NCBI GenBank assembly: GCA_012295275.1
Contig: CM022677.1
Coordinates: forward strand, 2,046,001-2,110,000
Direction: 5' to 3'
DNA from: Chrysomallon squamiferum
Lineage: Eukaryota > Animalia > Mollusca
Length of the DNA stretch: 64,000 nt
A program made the position numbers and the translations under genes. Below the pieces are notes generated by a model, which searched no databases, was not told where the DNA came from, and saw only the letters and a list, made by a program, of their open reading frames with translations. Shown one piece after another: positions 12,200 to 26,254 of this stretch (the first letter of the stretch is position 1; each line of letters begins with the position of its first letter).

Positions 12200-13903
12200 C
12201 TAGAAGTTCTTAGTATTCTCCAAGCACTGAGCTTCTTTTTATTTTTTGTTGAGATATTTCATCTTCTGCTATTTCTTCTGCTTGCTTAGTTCAGTGTGAT
12301 CAGAAAACTTGAAACATTTGGAGGCAAACTCAAGAAGCCATTTAGAATGAACAGATGATTATCATTAACACTTCTCACTATAAACAATCCTGAAATATTT
12401 AAAACAAAAATAAATGTATTTTTATTAAAACAAAAATAATACTCAGAATTCTATAAACAGTATTAATATGTCCTGATTATAAAAGTCTACCTCTGAATTT
12501 GTATTATGTAAAATGAAGACTAGATAAAATTCAAATCCGATGTTTTCTGACTTAATAGTAGATTTGAGATGAGAAGTAACAGATTTTTGTATCAATCTTG
12601 AGTTTGTCAGTCTGCTACTTCTGTATTAAAGAATGTACACTTGAAACTGAACATAAAAATAGCTGTCTTAATTAACAGAGGTAGAGGGTTTTTCTCTTAC
12701 AATGTTATCAAAAATAGTAATTAATAACTATTGTCTGAAACAGACCATTTAAAATTAATTTTGACACTTCATGGTTACCGAAAGGCCTTAGGGAAAAGTT
12801 TATTAAAATATGTGAGAGAAAAGTTTACATTTATTTACCAGTCAAGCAGACAGTTAAACTAAAATGATGTCAAGAATCTGCTGTAAATAGATTTCTGTAC
12901 TCTGTGTACAACACCAGCTTGTGTCCAAAACATCAGACATGACATTCATACATTTAAAACAAAAATGTCAGTAATAATATTACAAATGTGATGTACATAC
13001 AGTTTACTTACCAATCACTCAGTTTGTTAAAACAGCACTCATGTAAAACATCTGATGGTCTGTAACTGTCCTGTGATTTCTTTGCTGTAAGAATCTTCTG
13101 TAAATAGATTTCTGTACTCTGTGGTGATTCTGATATAACATCCAGCTTGTTTCTGAAAATAAAACATTAAATTGTACATTTTTGTAGAACAACTATTATA
13201 ATTTTATTTCTTCACTTGAATTAGAAATGATGTTTTCAACGAATATATATCTTGAGTGAAATAAAATTTAACTGAAATAAAATAAAGTCAAATTATATTT
13301 ATTAAAATATTTGTTGTTGTTCCTGTAGTTTTGATTATCTGGATGGATGTGTGTGTTTAACACAAGTTTGAACAAATCAAATCAGAACCTTTAAGTTTGA
13401 ATCTAATAATTTTAAAAATAGAATATCATTATTTTTATTTTTTACTTTTTTAAATTGATAACAAATAAAATCTATTATCTTTATCTTATTTTAAATTTTA
13501 AATTTAAAACTTTCTAAAATACATGTTCAATTGACTATTTCCTCTTAAAGCTATGTTATCACAGTTGCTAAATTAATGACAAAGTCTGTATTTACAAGTA
13601 AACAATAAAAATATATATAATAATATTAATATTAAAACATTCTCAGGTGAAATTAAGTAATTTATTATTTTAAAATTTATAAAATCTGGTAGTAAACTGA
13701 ATTACCTGTCCATTATACCAAGCATCTGTTTACAAACATGTTGAGTACATCTGAGTGTCTGAGTCTGTACAAATTTCTCTTAACAGTCAGGACTGGAGAA
13801 GTGATTGTTCTTCACTGAACTGTGCACTACACACATGGTCAAGTGGTCATCCTTGGCCTGAAGGAACCTGGCATTTTTTCTGGACAGAAAAAGATTGTTT
13901 ATC
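12200..13903 (-). pseudogene. DHX8: DEAH-box helicase DHX8/PRP22 C-terminal exons, pseudogene copy 1
   Basis: Exon 13706-13903 reads ARFLQAKDDHLT..C*EKFVQ..KQMLGIMDR. Exon ~13012-13153 reads KLDVIS..RVQKSI. Exon ~12200-12389 reads KWLLEFASKCFKFSDHTELSKQKK..AWRI. These follow the DHX8 C-terminus, with stops and deletions. Confidence 0.88.
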
Positions 13904-14111
13904 CTGTAAAAGTGATAATTTACATTTATCATTGATAAACCGTAACAATAAAATTAGTTAACTAAAAAATTTAACATTTATTATTGATAAATCTAATAAA
14001 TAAAATAATAGATAAAAAATAATTAAAAAAAAAAAAAGTATAAAATTTATCATTGGTAATCTCTGGAAACAAAAACAAATTACTATTTAAATATCACCTA
14101 AAATATTAAAA

Positions 14112-14311
14112 NNNNNNNNNNNNNNNNNNNNNNNNNNNNNNNNNNNNNNNNNNNNNNNNNNNNNNNNNNNNNNNNNNNNNNNNNNNNNNNNNNNNNNNNN
14201 NNNNNNNNNNNNNNNNNNNNNNNNNNNNNNNNNNNNNNNNNNNNNNNNNNNNNNNNNNNNNNNNNNNNNNNNNNNNNNNNNNNNNNNNNNNNNNNNNNNN
14301 NNNNNNNNNNN
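14112..14311. other. Assembly gap (200 N)
   Basis: Run of N. Confidence 1.
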
Positions 14312-16968
14312 GCAAGCTATTGTTGGGAGAAGAATCCCTGCATTTCAATGATCCTTCTAGCAAAGCTTGCCTTGTCAAGCCAGCTTTAAAACAAAAATCT
14401 CCAATACCTTCAGTATCCACCAATTTTTCAAGGAAGCCTGCAGCTTCAACTGGAGTCTGTATTTTCAGAAATGTTGTTGAGGCACATTCTGTTAAATACT
14501 CAGTTGATAGGCTACTGATGGACTAGTGAATTTCCTGATAAATTTTTCAGTCTCTTCCCATGTCTTGTTGCCTTCTTCTTTCAGCAGTTTCACTTGTACC
14601 AGAAGTCTGTTCATGATTTCCACCTTTTCTTCTTCCTTTGCCTGTCTGCAGGAAAGCACTCTTCTAATTTCAATACAAATAAATCAGTGGAATTAATGTC
14701 ACTGCAGGAATGTTTCACCCAGCTGCAATATATATATAGTTTAAAAGTTAACGGTCATCTGGAGTTTATCAACACTTAAACTGATTTTAAAACTTCATTT
14801 TTTGCTTTATCATTTTATCATTTAATATTTACGATATTAAAAAAATCCTAATTATAAAAAAAAATCCTTTTTTATTTTATTCAACATTTGAGCAATAATA
14901 CTGGTTTTCTGGCTTTTTTTTATATTCACGATCCTTAATTTTCCCGTTTATCGTGAGCATTTTGCAGAGTAAAACAGTTGCCTTTGCTTAGAGCAGAACA
15001 AACAGTAATGAACAGGGATGTTTGCTTGAGTGTTGTAGAGTGTGAAGGTTAGAAACAGAATAGTGAATCTATCTGATTTGCACTTTAGCAGTCAGTTATG
15101 TCATATTTTATTATTTACTATCAGAAAAACATATTACTGTAATTCAAACTAAGAACTCGAAATAAAGTTTACCATTTTACAAGGTTTAAAAAAATTAACT
15201 GTTATATGTGGAAAAAACATCTTTATGTAGTTAACTGTTAAAGTGCAAATCTTATCTAATTTGCAGTTGTGCAGAGAAAGTCTGATTGTAATCATAACTG
15301 GATACACAGCTACTGTGACAAAGATGGATGATCTTGTCTTTCTCTAACATAAAACCTGATTATCTATGAACCTATTTTCATTAGCTGCATTTGTTTACAT
15401 ATATTAACTATAGATACTTTATTAATGTATATTTTTTATACAATCTATACTCTTTCAGATTATCTAGTTCATATATATATATATATATAAATAGAGAAAA
15501 TATAAAATAATGACAAATATTAGAGAGGTTTAGCATAGACATAATGTGTTCATATATCTGATTACATATGGACCTTACAATACAGGTCATATATGTAACT
15601 CACTTTCAGTTTAGCTTCCACATAAAACACTAAGTTTGTATCAAAATAGTTCAAGAAAGGGAAGTAACTATAGCTCTAGAACTCTTAAAAAGCTTTATTT
15701 GAATATATGTAGCTTTGGTTTTAACATGTATATAAAACACATTGTTTATATTGCCAAATGACCAAAATCAATTACTGGTTCTCCATAGTTTTTGAAAGAA
15801 AAATGCAAGCAAATTTTATTCAGATAAATATTCATAGTCTTGTTCATATCAAAGTTATCAAAGATGCCTTTGAGTGATTTTAATCTGTTTTTATTTTTTT
15901 TTTCTTATACATAATTTAATATGAAAATACATTTTTTGAAAATTTTGTAACATACAAGTTATTTGTTATTTGTTTCTCTTACAGTAGCATAGTACACACA
16001 AAACTACAGACTGGCTAGAATTTTTGTTTGCAAACAAATACATTTTCAGTCTATTTCTCAGCAAGAATCTAAACAACATTTTAAGGTAATATAAGGGTCA
16101 TCAACATTAATTTACTACTTTTCAAGCATATATTAGTTTGAATTTAGCACCTGAAATTGTAATCTCATTCAGCCAAAGGTACGCAAGTCCAACCACAGCT
16201 TTTTTGGAGAGAAGAGATCTGTCTTTAGCAATCATTTATGTGAAATGCACATATGTAAGTACTTCACTATGCATAAACATGCACATTTAGGCATGTCCTA
16301 TATTGAGAAGATCTCACAAAAAAGACAATACAGATTTGGTATATGAAAGTTACGTCTATGCTAAACCTCTCTATTAAATAAATATGTATTAATAATTATA
16401 ACTACCAATATATGAAAATAATTAACGTTCTCTTTGACTGTCTGCAATACCTGTTTACAGGGAAGTGTGCAATGACAAACATTCAATGACAGTTTCTAAA
16501 TTGTAAAAAAGTTATGTTGCATTAATAGCCAAGATGTGGCCAAGATTTTAAATGGTCAGTTTACAGCTCTTTTCTGATTTTGTTTTTCACCACATATGCT
16601 GGAATCTTGGCTAGGGGCTTCTTCACTTTGATTTTGTGGTTTTCACCACATATGCAGGAATCTTGTAGCTAGGGGCTTCTCTGATTTTTTTGTGGTCTTC
16701 ACCACTTTGAATTTTGTGGTTTTCACCATTTTATGCAGGAGGAATCTTGTAGCTAGGGGCTTAGGGGTTGTGAGACGGTTAAAGTAAAAATCCTTGGTTT
16801 GGGAGCAACGAACTGGCTGTTCTGTTTGATGGACACAGAGGCAATGGGGAGGTGTGAGGGAGAACATGAAACTTTGGCCTTGTTTTTATAAGCATTTGGC
16901 TGCATGATGTTGTAAGAAACATTTCTCCTTGTTTTGTTTTGTTTCTTTGATGTTGTCATTAGGCAGTG

Positions 16969-17760
16969 TAATGTGTGTCATTAACAACATACTGTTTAAT
17001 CTGTGTGTGTGTCATTAACAACATACTGTTTAATCTGTGTGTGTGTCATTAACAACATACTGTTTAATCTGTGTGTGTGTCATTAACAACATACTGTTTA
17101 ATCTGTGTGTGTGTCTTTAACAACATACTGTTTAATCTGTGTGTGTGTCATTAACAACATACTTAATCTGTGTGTGTGTCTTTAACAACATACTGTTTAA
17201 TCTGTGTGTGTGTCTTTAACAACATACTGTTTAATCTGTGTGTGTGTGTGTCTTTAACAACATACTGTTTAATCTGTGTGTGTGTCTTTAACAACATACT
17301 GTTTAATCTGTGTGTGTGTCATTAACAACATACTGTTTAATCTGTGTGTGTCTTTAACAACATACTGTTTTTAATCTGTGTGTCTTTAACAACATACTGT
17401 TTAATCTGTGTGTGTGTCTTTAACAACATACTGTTTAATCTGTGTGTGTGTCTTTAACAACATACTGTTTAATCTGTGTGTGTGTCTTTAACAACATACT
17501 GTTTAATCTGTGTGTGTGTCTTTAACAACATACTGTTTAATCTGTGTGTGTGTCTTTAACAACATACTGTTTAATCTGTGTGTGTGTCTTTAACAACATA
17601 CTGTTTAATCTGTGTGTGTGTCTTTAACAACATACTGTTTAATCTGTGTGTGTGTCTTTAACAACATACTGTTTAATCTGTGTGTGTGTCTTTAACAACA
17701 TACTGTTTAATCTGTGTGTGTGTCTTTAACAACATACTGTTTAATCTGTGTGTGTGTCTT
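16969..17760. repeat. 34-bp minisatellite, ~23 copies
   Basis: Unit tgtgtgtgtgtc(t/a)ttaacaacatactgtttaatc repeated head-to-tail. Confidence 0.97.
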
Positions 17761-17811
17761 GGGCAATTTCATATGTAAATAAGAACAATTAAAATATCCT
17801 CAAAGCAGAGA

Positions 17812-17893
17812 AAAATGTATTTATCCGACAAATGTAGATCGATAAATATATATATATCTATATCGATCTACATTTGTCAGATAAATGCATTTT
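17812..17893. repeat. AT-rich palindrome with ~33-bp arms
   Basis: aaaatgtatttatccgacaaatgtagatcgata, a 16-nt AT-rich loop, then tatcgatctacatttgtcagataaatgcatttt (2 mismatches). Confidence 0.92.
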
Positions 17894-17948
17894 GTTATAA
17901 AAATTAATAAACTTTATATTTACTATTGATGTTAAATATTTTGTTTAG

Positions 17949-19177
17949 GTCACTGTAGTATTATTCAGGTGCTGTCTAGAAAGTGAATTTACATCATGGA
18001 GAAGGATGAATCAGCTGTTACAGAAACCATTCTCAGTTGTGAGTTTAATTTATTTTTTTTTTTGTGTTGTCAACAGAAAAATAAGTTTTGTAATAGTTCT
18101 TAATTAATTATAAAATAGTGTAATAATATTTAGTTATTTGCTGTTGTTTTGTTGCATTACTCGGTCACATAATTTATTAATCACAAAGCATGTCGGAAGT
18201 ATTAGTTATTTATTTATAACTGTTTGTTTATTATTGCTTTTTACTTTTTAGCTCTAATTGATGTGCTGATGTTGGTGTATACCAGTGAATTTGTTTCAGT
18301 AGAACATGCTGTTCAAGCCATTAGGTATGTGGTTGTTTTTATTTATTCATTTATTTATTTTTTTTTTTATATTATCTTGTTAAATACTAAAATTTGAAAT
18401 CATTTTTCTAATTAAAATGAGTTTGTTTGGCTCTGTTAAAGTTTATTATTTTTTTTTTTTGATAATATATGGTAAATTAGATTTCAGTTAAAGCTGAGAT
18501 GTATTTAAAGGCATTCATCCTTCTGCTTTGATTACTAAGTGATAGTTGAAAAGAAGGATAAGTATTATGATGATTGCAGTTAAATTTGTAAATGTAAGAA
18601 TGTATGAGAGAAGGAGAGAAGATGAAGGATGGCAAGTTGATGTTGTTTGTGTTGAAGTTTCCTTACCCTCTGTTCCTGTTGCAGAAGATAGTGATGTTGA
18701 TGGTTCTGTGATGGTTTACATGGACAGAAACAACATGTAAACGGCAGAGTGCTGTTGAAGTCTGTGTTCTTGGGAAAATAAGCTGATGTTTGTTTAAACA
18801 CTTCATTTGTTATGCTGCCAAATGAAAGCACTTGGCAGATGACTGAGAGGACAGTGCATGACGGTGGCAAACACAACAGCCAGGAAGTTGAAGAGCAGGT
18901 GACGTCTGAAACTGAAGCTGGATGAGAAGAGAAAGGAAACAGAGAGAAGAAAACAGCAGAACAAGATGAGACAGAAACTTGGGAAGGCAGTGTTCATGAG
19001 AGAGATGTCTCGCCACACTGACGATACGAAGGACTGAGCTAGTCCTTTACCTGACTCATACAGCAGAGTGGGACAATGCAGTATCAGAGACTGTAACAGT
19101 TGCTGTCTTCTCGCAGTGCTGGAGTCAGGAATTGTTTTCCCAATCTACACATCAAACTGTGACATAGGAAATATGAG
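17949..19177 (+). pseudogene. CAMSAP: CAMSAP-like pseudogene, copy 2 (internally deleted)
   Basis: Same exons as copy 1, including the shared SRK* stop. The second intron is joined directly to the middle of the large CC1 exon at ~18640. Confidence 0.82.
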
Positions 19178-20459
19178 GTGTTAATGTTCAGAAAATATGT
19201 TTTGGTTCACCCAGTACATCAGTGTGTGTCTCTTAGGCTGATGTTTTCACTTCTATTGTGACAGTGTAAAGAAAAATTCCTGACAGACTGAGTAAATGTT
19301 TATATCTCTTACTGACTAGATAAAATGGGTGAAATCTGTTTTGTTTTTCAGTTTTTAAAATACAAATAAATAAATATATGTAATCAAATTCCTCAACTAG
19401 TCTGTGATTTTTTAATTTTATTTTCTCTCTGTGTTGCAGATGTTTCATGTACTCACCCTGAATCAGAAAAGTCTAATAATTTTGTACAGCTACTAACATA
19501 TAAGAATTTATAATGTTTATTAAGTTTCGGTTAATGTGCCAAAACTATGTAAATAAAAATATTCCTTATCTTAGGATGTTTGATAATGCTAGCTAAAAAT
19601 ATTAAATTCAAAACAGAATACAAAATAATTTGAAATGTTTATTTCGACAAAAAAACATTATATCAAAACTACTTTTTCATATAAAAAACATAATTTTAGA
19701 AAAATGTTATAAAAATCCTTGATTACAAATTGAAAAAAGCAAGGTATAATTGAACTTTTAAATTAAATTAGTTTTAAAATGTTTTATAAGGTTTTTAAGA
19801 TGAGAGAAAAGGGTGCTGAAAAATATAAAAATACCAAGATTTCTGATCTATCCAACAAAAGTATAATAATAAAATATTCAAATTAATGAAATAAAAAATA
19901 CCAAGATATTTGTTTACAGAAAAAATAACAAATAACTTGTAATCTGAAAATTATTTATTCAGAAAATTTATAATTTCTGATTTTATCTTCCAAAAAAACA
20001 AAATGATCTACTTCCATTTTATGTTTTATTAAGATAAGTTTATTGGCTCTAATCTTTACCAGAAGTCTTAGTGTTCTTTGTTATTTTATACTTGGTGTAG
20101 ATAATTCAGTAGACTAAAAAAAAAAAAAAATTAAATTAAGAAATACAAAAAATAAAACAGAAAAATCAAATTATCTCCCCTGGACCAAACAGCTTTATAT
20201 AAAATGTGTATTTTATTTTGAAAGCAGTAATCAAGGATTTCTAGAAAATCATTTTTGAAAATTAAAGTTTTTTTTTTTCACAGACCTGACTGAACTTGCT
20301 TCTGTGTCTGGTCCAAACATTATGTATATTGGTCTGTATGTAACTATATCTTGTATGAACAACATTGTGACTTCCAAGTCTGAAATCACAGTTTTATAAA
20401 TTATTCAGTAAGTAGTCCATGTCTCACACAAGTAATGTTTTTAAACTTTTGTTTGGTGT

Positions 20460-22888
20460 GGATTTTTCTAGAAGTTCTCAGTATTCTCCAAGCATTGAGC
20501 TTCTTTTTATTTTTTGTTGAGATATTTCATCTTCTGCTATTTCTTCTGCTTGCTTAGTTCAGTGTGATCAGAAAACTTGAAAAATTTGGAGGCAAACTCA
20601 AGAAGCCATTTAGAATGAACAGATGATTATCATTAACACTTCTCACTATAAACAATCCTGAAATATTTAAAACAAAAATAAATGTGTTTTTATTAAAACA
20701 AAAATAATACTCAGAATTCTATAAACAGTATTAATATGTCCTGATTATAAAAGTCTACCTCTGAATTTGTATTATGTAAAATGAAGACTAGATAAAATTC
20801 AAATCCGATGTTTTGTGACTTAATAGTAGATTTGAGATGAGAAGTAACAGATTGTAGTATCAATCTTGAGTTTGTCAGTCTGCTACTTATGTATTAAAGA
20901 ATGTACACTTGAAACTGAACATAAAAATAGCTGTCTTAATTAACAGAGGTAGAGGGTTTTTCTCTTACAATGTTATCAAAAATAGTAATTAATAACTATT
21001 GTCTGAAACAGACCATTTAAAATTAATTTTGACACTTCATGGTTACCGAAAGGCCTTAGGGAAAAGTTTATTAAAATTTGTGAGAGAAAAGTTTACATTT
21101 ATTTACCAGTCAAGCAGACAGTTAAACTAACATGATGTGAAGAATCTGCTGTAAATAGATTTCTGTACTCTGTGTACAACACCAGCTTGTGTCCAAAACA
21201 TCAGACATGACATTCATACATTTAAAACAAAAATGTCAGTAATAGTATTACAAATGTGATGTACATACAGTTTACTTACCAATCACTCAGCCTGTTAAAA
21301 CAGCACTCATGTAAAACATCTGATGGTCTGTAACTGTCCTGTGATTTCTTTGCTGTAAGAATCTTCTGTAAATAGATTTCTGTACTCTCTGGTGATTCTG
21401 ATATAACATCCAGCTTGTTTCTGAAAATAAAACATTAAATTGTACATTTTGTAGAACAACTATTATAATTTTATTTCTTCACTTGAATTAGAAGTGATGT
21501 TTTCAACGAATATATATCTTGAGTGAAATAAAATTTAACTGAAATAAAATAAAGTCAAATTATATTTATTAAAATATTTGTTGTTGTTCCTGTAGTTTTG
21601 ATTATCTCGGGATGGATGTGTGTGTTTAACACAAGTTTGAACAAATCAAATCAGAACCTTTAAGTTTGAATCTAATAATTTTAAAAATAGAATATCATTA
21701 TTTTTATTTTTTACTTTTTTAAATTGATAACAAATAAAATCTATAATCTTTATCTTATTTTAAATTTTAAATTTGAAACTTTCTAAAATACATGTTCAAT
21801 TGACTATTTCCTCTTAAAGCTATGTTATCACAGTTGCTAAATTAATGACAAAGTCTGTATTTACAAGTAAACATTAAAATTATATATAATAATATTAATA
21901 ATAAAACATTCTCAGGTGAAATTAAGTAATTTATTATTTTAAAGTTTATAAAATCTGGTAGTAAACTGAATTACCTGTCCATTATACCCAGCATCTGTTT
22001 ACAAACATGTTGAGTACATCTGAGTGTCTGAGTCTGTACAAATTTCTCTTAACAGTCAGGACTGGAGAAGTGATTGTTCTTCACTGAACTGTGCACTACA
22101 CACATGGTCAAGTGGTCATCCTTGGCCTGAAGGAACCTGGCATTTTTTCTGGACAGAAAGAGCTTGTTTATCCTGTAAAGTGATAAATTACATTTATCAT
22201 TGATAAACCATAACAATAAAATTAGTTAACTAAAAAAATTTATCATTTATTATTGATAACTCTAATAAATAAAATAATAGTTAATTAAAAAAAAAAAAAA
22301 AAAAAAGTATAAAATTTATCATTGGTAATCTCTGGAAACAAAAACAAATTACTATTTAAATATCACCTAAAATATTAAAAATACAAATAATTTAGTCAGA
22401 ATAAATTTATTTTACTCAGGTTTTTCTGTATTTTATTATTGTTCATAATAACCAACAAAAAGGAAACTGAAAGCTTTAAGTTTTTTTCCAATTTAGTGAC
22501 AAAACTCTCATTGTGTCAAACATTTGTATTAAAAAAGATTACTTCCCCAAATAAAAAAAATTAATAATAATAATAATCTTTAGGAAGAATGAAAAGTGAT
22601 TTATTTTATTTATGCATCTTCAAAACATAGGATGTTGTATGTAAAATGTGTTTAATAATAATTTTTTTTTTTTTTTTCTTATGTCCAAAAGATTGGATGT
22701 TTAATGTTATAGTAGCTTAATCATATCTGTGATACGAATACAAAAAATGAATTTCAAACCTCTGGTCTGTATAAAACATTCTGCACAGACAACACAGACA
22801 CAACTGTGATAATTCCAGAACTACAGGCCAAGTGAAATGACATGACAAACATCTTGGACAATATGGACTCCAGTGGAAATTCAACCAT
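20460..22888 (-). pseudogene. DHX8: DHX8/PRP22 pseudogene, copy 2
   Basis: Same three exons as copy 1 plus exon 22760-22888, [43 protein letters not shown], which matches the HA2 region (compare MAEFPLEP..SVQNVFYRPK). Confidence 0.9.
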
Positions 22889-23741
22889 CTGTAAATACAA
22901 AATAAATATATAACATAAATATACATCATTAATAGTTTGAATTTTATTATTATTATATGAAAAAATAATAATATAAATACCAGCAGGAATGCTATTACCT
23001 AATATATAAAAATGTCTTTTACACATAATAACAATTAACATTTTAAATTAATTTTTTAATATACCTATTTTAGTATCTACTTCATAACATCTGGTATATT
23101 AAAAATGTGTACATACAATACACATATATATTTAAAATATTACTTAGCAAAAAAAAAAAAAAAAATTGTGTACATGTATATATTTCTAAATGTTGCTAAG
23201 AAAAATAAATGATATATAAAATTATATATAATAATTAATATAGTATAATTATTAATATACACGGCTCGAAATGGCCCGTAGCCAGCCAATTCAATTGCGA
23301 CCAAAGTTCCGTTTCGGCAACAAGAGCCACTATTAATGATTTTATTTACCTGAAAGGTTTGCTCGTAGTTCGATAAATTGGACGTATCGGCTTACCTTAA
23401 TTTACCATCTTTTTATAAACACTAATTTTGAAGACCGGATATGCCGGCACTTGTAGTCTTGATAAACAAAACAGGGAGTCTCGGTGACCCAGTATTGTAT
23501 AACTGGTCGTCACCATTCGGATCATTCCGAAACTTCCCGAATGCCGTCTTAGTGTCTTCGTCTGCTTTGCAGTGTTCCGATAATAATAATTAAATAAATA
23601 AATAAATAAAATAAAATACAATTATATATCTGCTTCGTTTTAACTTTATTTTTTAACTGAAGAATTAGTTTTTTGTTTTTGTTTTTGCTTGTTTTTTTTT
23701 TGAGAATAGATATAATTTCTTTTTAGCCTTATTTTTTTTAT

Positions 23742-23776
<35 letters not shown>

Positions 23777-24225
23777 TGTTTGTGTATTCCTTATTATTAT
23801 TCATTTATTTTATTACAAGTTTGAATATTTTTTTTTCTCTATTTTTTTTTATTAATTATTATCGCTGTTATTTATTTGATACTATTAATATTATTTATAA
23901 TTATTATTCTTATTTTTCTTAATTTCATTTTTAGCTCAGAAATGAAATATTATAATTGTCCTAACTATCTTGAGATAATCTGACAGGAAATTATTTCTTC
24001 GACTGACCGCATCTTGTATTGTGTCTGCAACAACAGAAAGGAATCCACATCATGGTCTCAAACCACCATTATTTTCAACAAATTTTGTAATTAAGAGAAA
24101 AAAACATTAACAACTAGTTAAATAGTAAAAAAAAAAAAAAAAAAAAAAAAACGAAAAGAAAACAGATTCATGCGTGTACAGTTTTTACTTTAAATATTTA
24201 TAAAGTTGAATTTTGTTAATTAAAA

Positions 24226-24256
<31 letters not shown>

Positions 24257-25092
24257 AATAATTGACTGTTTCAATAGCTATTAGACTTAAAAGAAAACTG
24301 ATTTGTTGTATTTACTTTCTATTTTATCTGTTTTTTTAACTTTCACATGTGAGACAACACATTTCCTGAGAATTCACTTCATTTGTTATCACAGTCAGTA
24401 TAAAATGTCATCCAGTCACAGATACATATTTAATCTGTAGTTCACAGAATATAAGAAGAACAAAATAAATCACACCAAAAAACACTGGTCCCTACATGTT
24501 ACTCATGAATAGCATATATAAACATAATGTTAGATATAAACAATACAGCAATATAAATTAACAGTCTTTACTGAAACTGATGGTTTTGCAAGTATATAAG
24601 CTCTGAAGTATAATACTGGCTGCTACAGAGATATAAACAAAGAGTAAGAGAAAGTAAACCTATTTTTATGTGAGCATCCATGTAGATATTTTGATTTTCT
24701 CTTGCACTGACCCAACACAGCTGATCTTCAAGCAAAACTGAAAATAAAAACATTTTAAATGTTTATCTGAAATAAATTAACTTTAACTTAAATAAATATT
24801 AGTAACAATAAACCCAAGAACAAAATAATATAATAAAAAATATAAGTAAATTAATTTATTAATTAATTAATAATTAATATCAGTTAATAAAAATAATAAA
24901 TAAAGAAATTAATAAAGAAATTAAATGTAAAAATATATGGTATCAAATGAAATAAAATGCAAATTATAATAATAATAATAATTCAGAAATGTATGTAGAT
25001 ATGATTAAGACAGAGCGAATACTGCTCTGATTGTAGATACCTGTCTGTGTATGTTTATATATATATATATATATATATAAACATACACAGAC

Positions 25093-25123
<31 letters not shown>

Positions 25124-25974
25124 GAAACAGACAAAACGTCAGCACACGGTTACCTAATTACTTGCAAATTGCAGTCATCGTTTAAGAAGTAATCGAACTG
25201 GAAACATTGTGTGCCGCTTTTCACAATGCTAATTACTATATAAATTGTTATTTTGTTCTGGAATTTACACCCCGTAGAGAGAATCCGGATTTGTCAATGT
25301 TTTCTTCATAACAGTTTAACGGTAGCTGGTCGGGAATCTGAAATGGTGCCGGTGTAGCAGTTGATTAGAAACCCTGGAAATCGCACATCGCTGTTACTCC
25401 CGTCTTCTGACTCACCACTGGTGTCGACTTTGTAGGACGACGAATCTCAGTCAGAAACGTTTATATACAAACAGTTTCTCACTACTACAACAGGTGCTGT
25501 CAGTACTTTAATTAATCATTGTTTATGAAGGAAGCTGGTCTGTAAATAATTTCAAATCAGACTGTCGCTCTTTTTATTTTTTGGTTGTGTATCACAAGTA
25601 TGGGACTAGAGGTGTTTGTAGCTGCAGCTAAAAAGAAAAATAGAAAAATCTCAAATTTTAAGGTTGCGGCGGGATGACATACTGTTGTTGTTGTTTAACA
25701 GACACACTCCACTTGAAACCGTTCTTACACTCAAATAGAATTAATTTTGGAAAAAAAAACAACAACAGTTTGACCCATTTCTAACGTGCAAATATTTGTT
25801 GTTCATACCAAAATCACATGTGGAAGGAATGTTTATAGTGAGATGCAATTAAAAACACCATCACTTCTGCTGTGTGTGGTATATTAGCAGGGTTTGTCAT
25901 TTACAGGGTTTGTCATTTCTATACACAAATCCTAGTTAGTCAAATGTTCTTTTTCGGCGAGTTCACGGTGTGTG

Positions 25975-26165
25975 TGTGTATGTATGGTAACATTGGCAAA
26001 CTTGTTGCCTACCTCCTTTACCATTCGATTGCAACCTCCGTGGCCAGTGTCTATGTGTGCACGTTTGATAACATCGAATGTCTTTTTGATGTGCACGTAA
26101 TACTCGGGTCACTGTTGGATGTGCAACGTCTTATCAACTTCTCAACAACACCTCACTGAAGAATC
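25975..26165 (-). mobile_element. Ginger/KRBA2-SCAND3-like integrase-type transposase fragment
   Basis: Frameshifted translation VEKLIRR..YYVHIKKTFDVIKRAHIDTGHGGCNRMVKE..NKFANVT resembles the H-x3-GHGGRDRM motif of these integrases. Confidence 0.7.
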
Positions 26166-26254
26166 TCAGACTTGGACAGAAGATAATAACCTTGCTGTCA
26201 CTTAGCTGATGATTGTTATGTTTGTGTTACTGGCTTCTGGCCCGACCTCTCCCA

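Larger units (their letters stand above)
15013..22380 (+). repeat. Direct segmental duplicate of ~4690-14111
   Basis: Begins with the shared agggatgtttgcttgagtgttgtagag. 18640-22380 is nearly identical to 10380-14111. It lacks ~6720-10380 and carries extra sequence at 16170-17945. Confidence 0.92.

Noticed and set aside
14312-14725. Coding-like minus-strand block beside the gap
   Set aside because: It has stops and no recognisable motif, so it could not be assigned.
16969-17760. CRISPR-like regular array
   Set aside because: Units are head-to-tail with no unique spacers, no cas genes are present, and the context is eukaryotic. It is a minisatellite.
23262-23580. GC-richer block, possible TIR (cacggctcgaaat) or Tx1 ORF1 relic
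   Set aside because: No partner TIR was found and the protein similarity is too weak to support a call.
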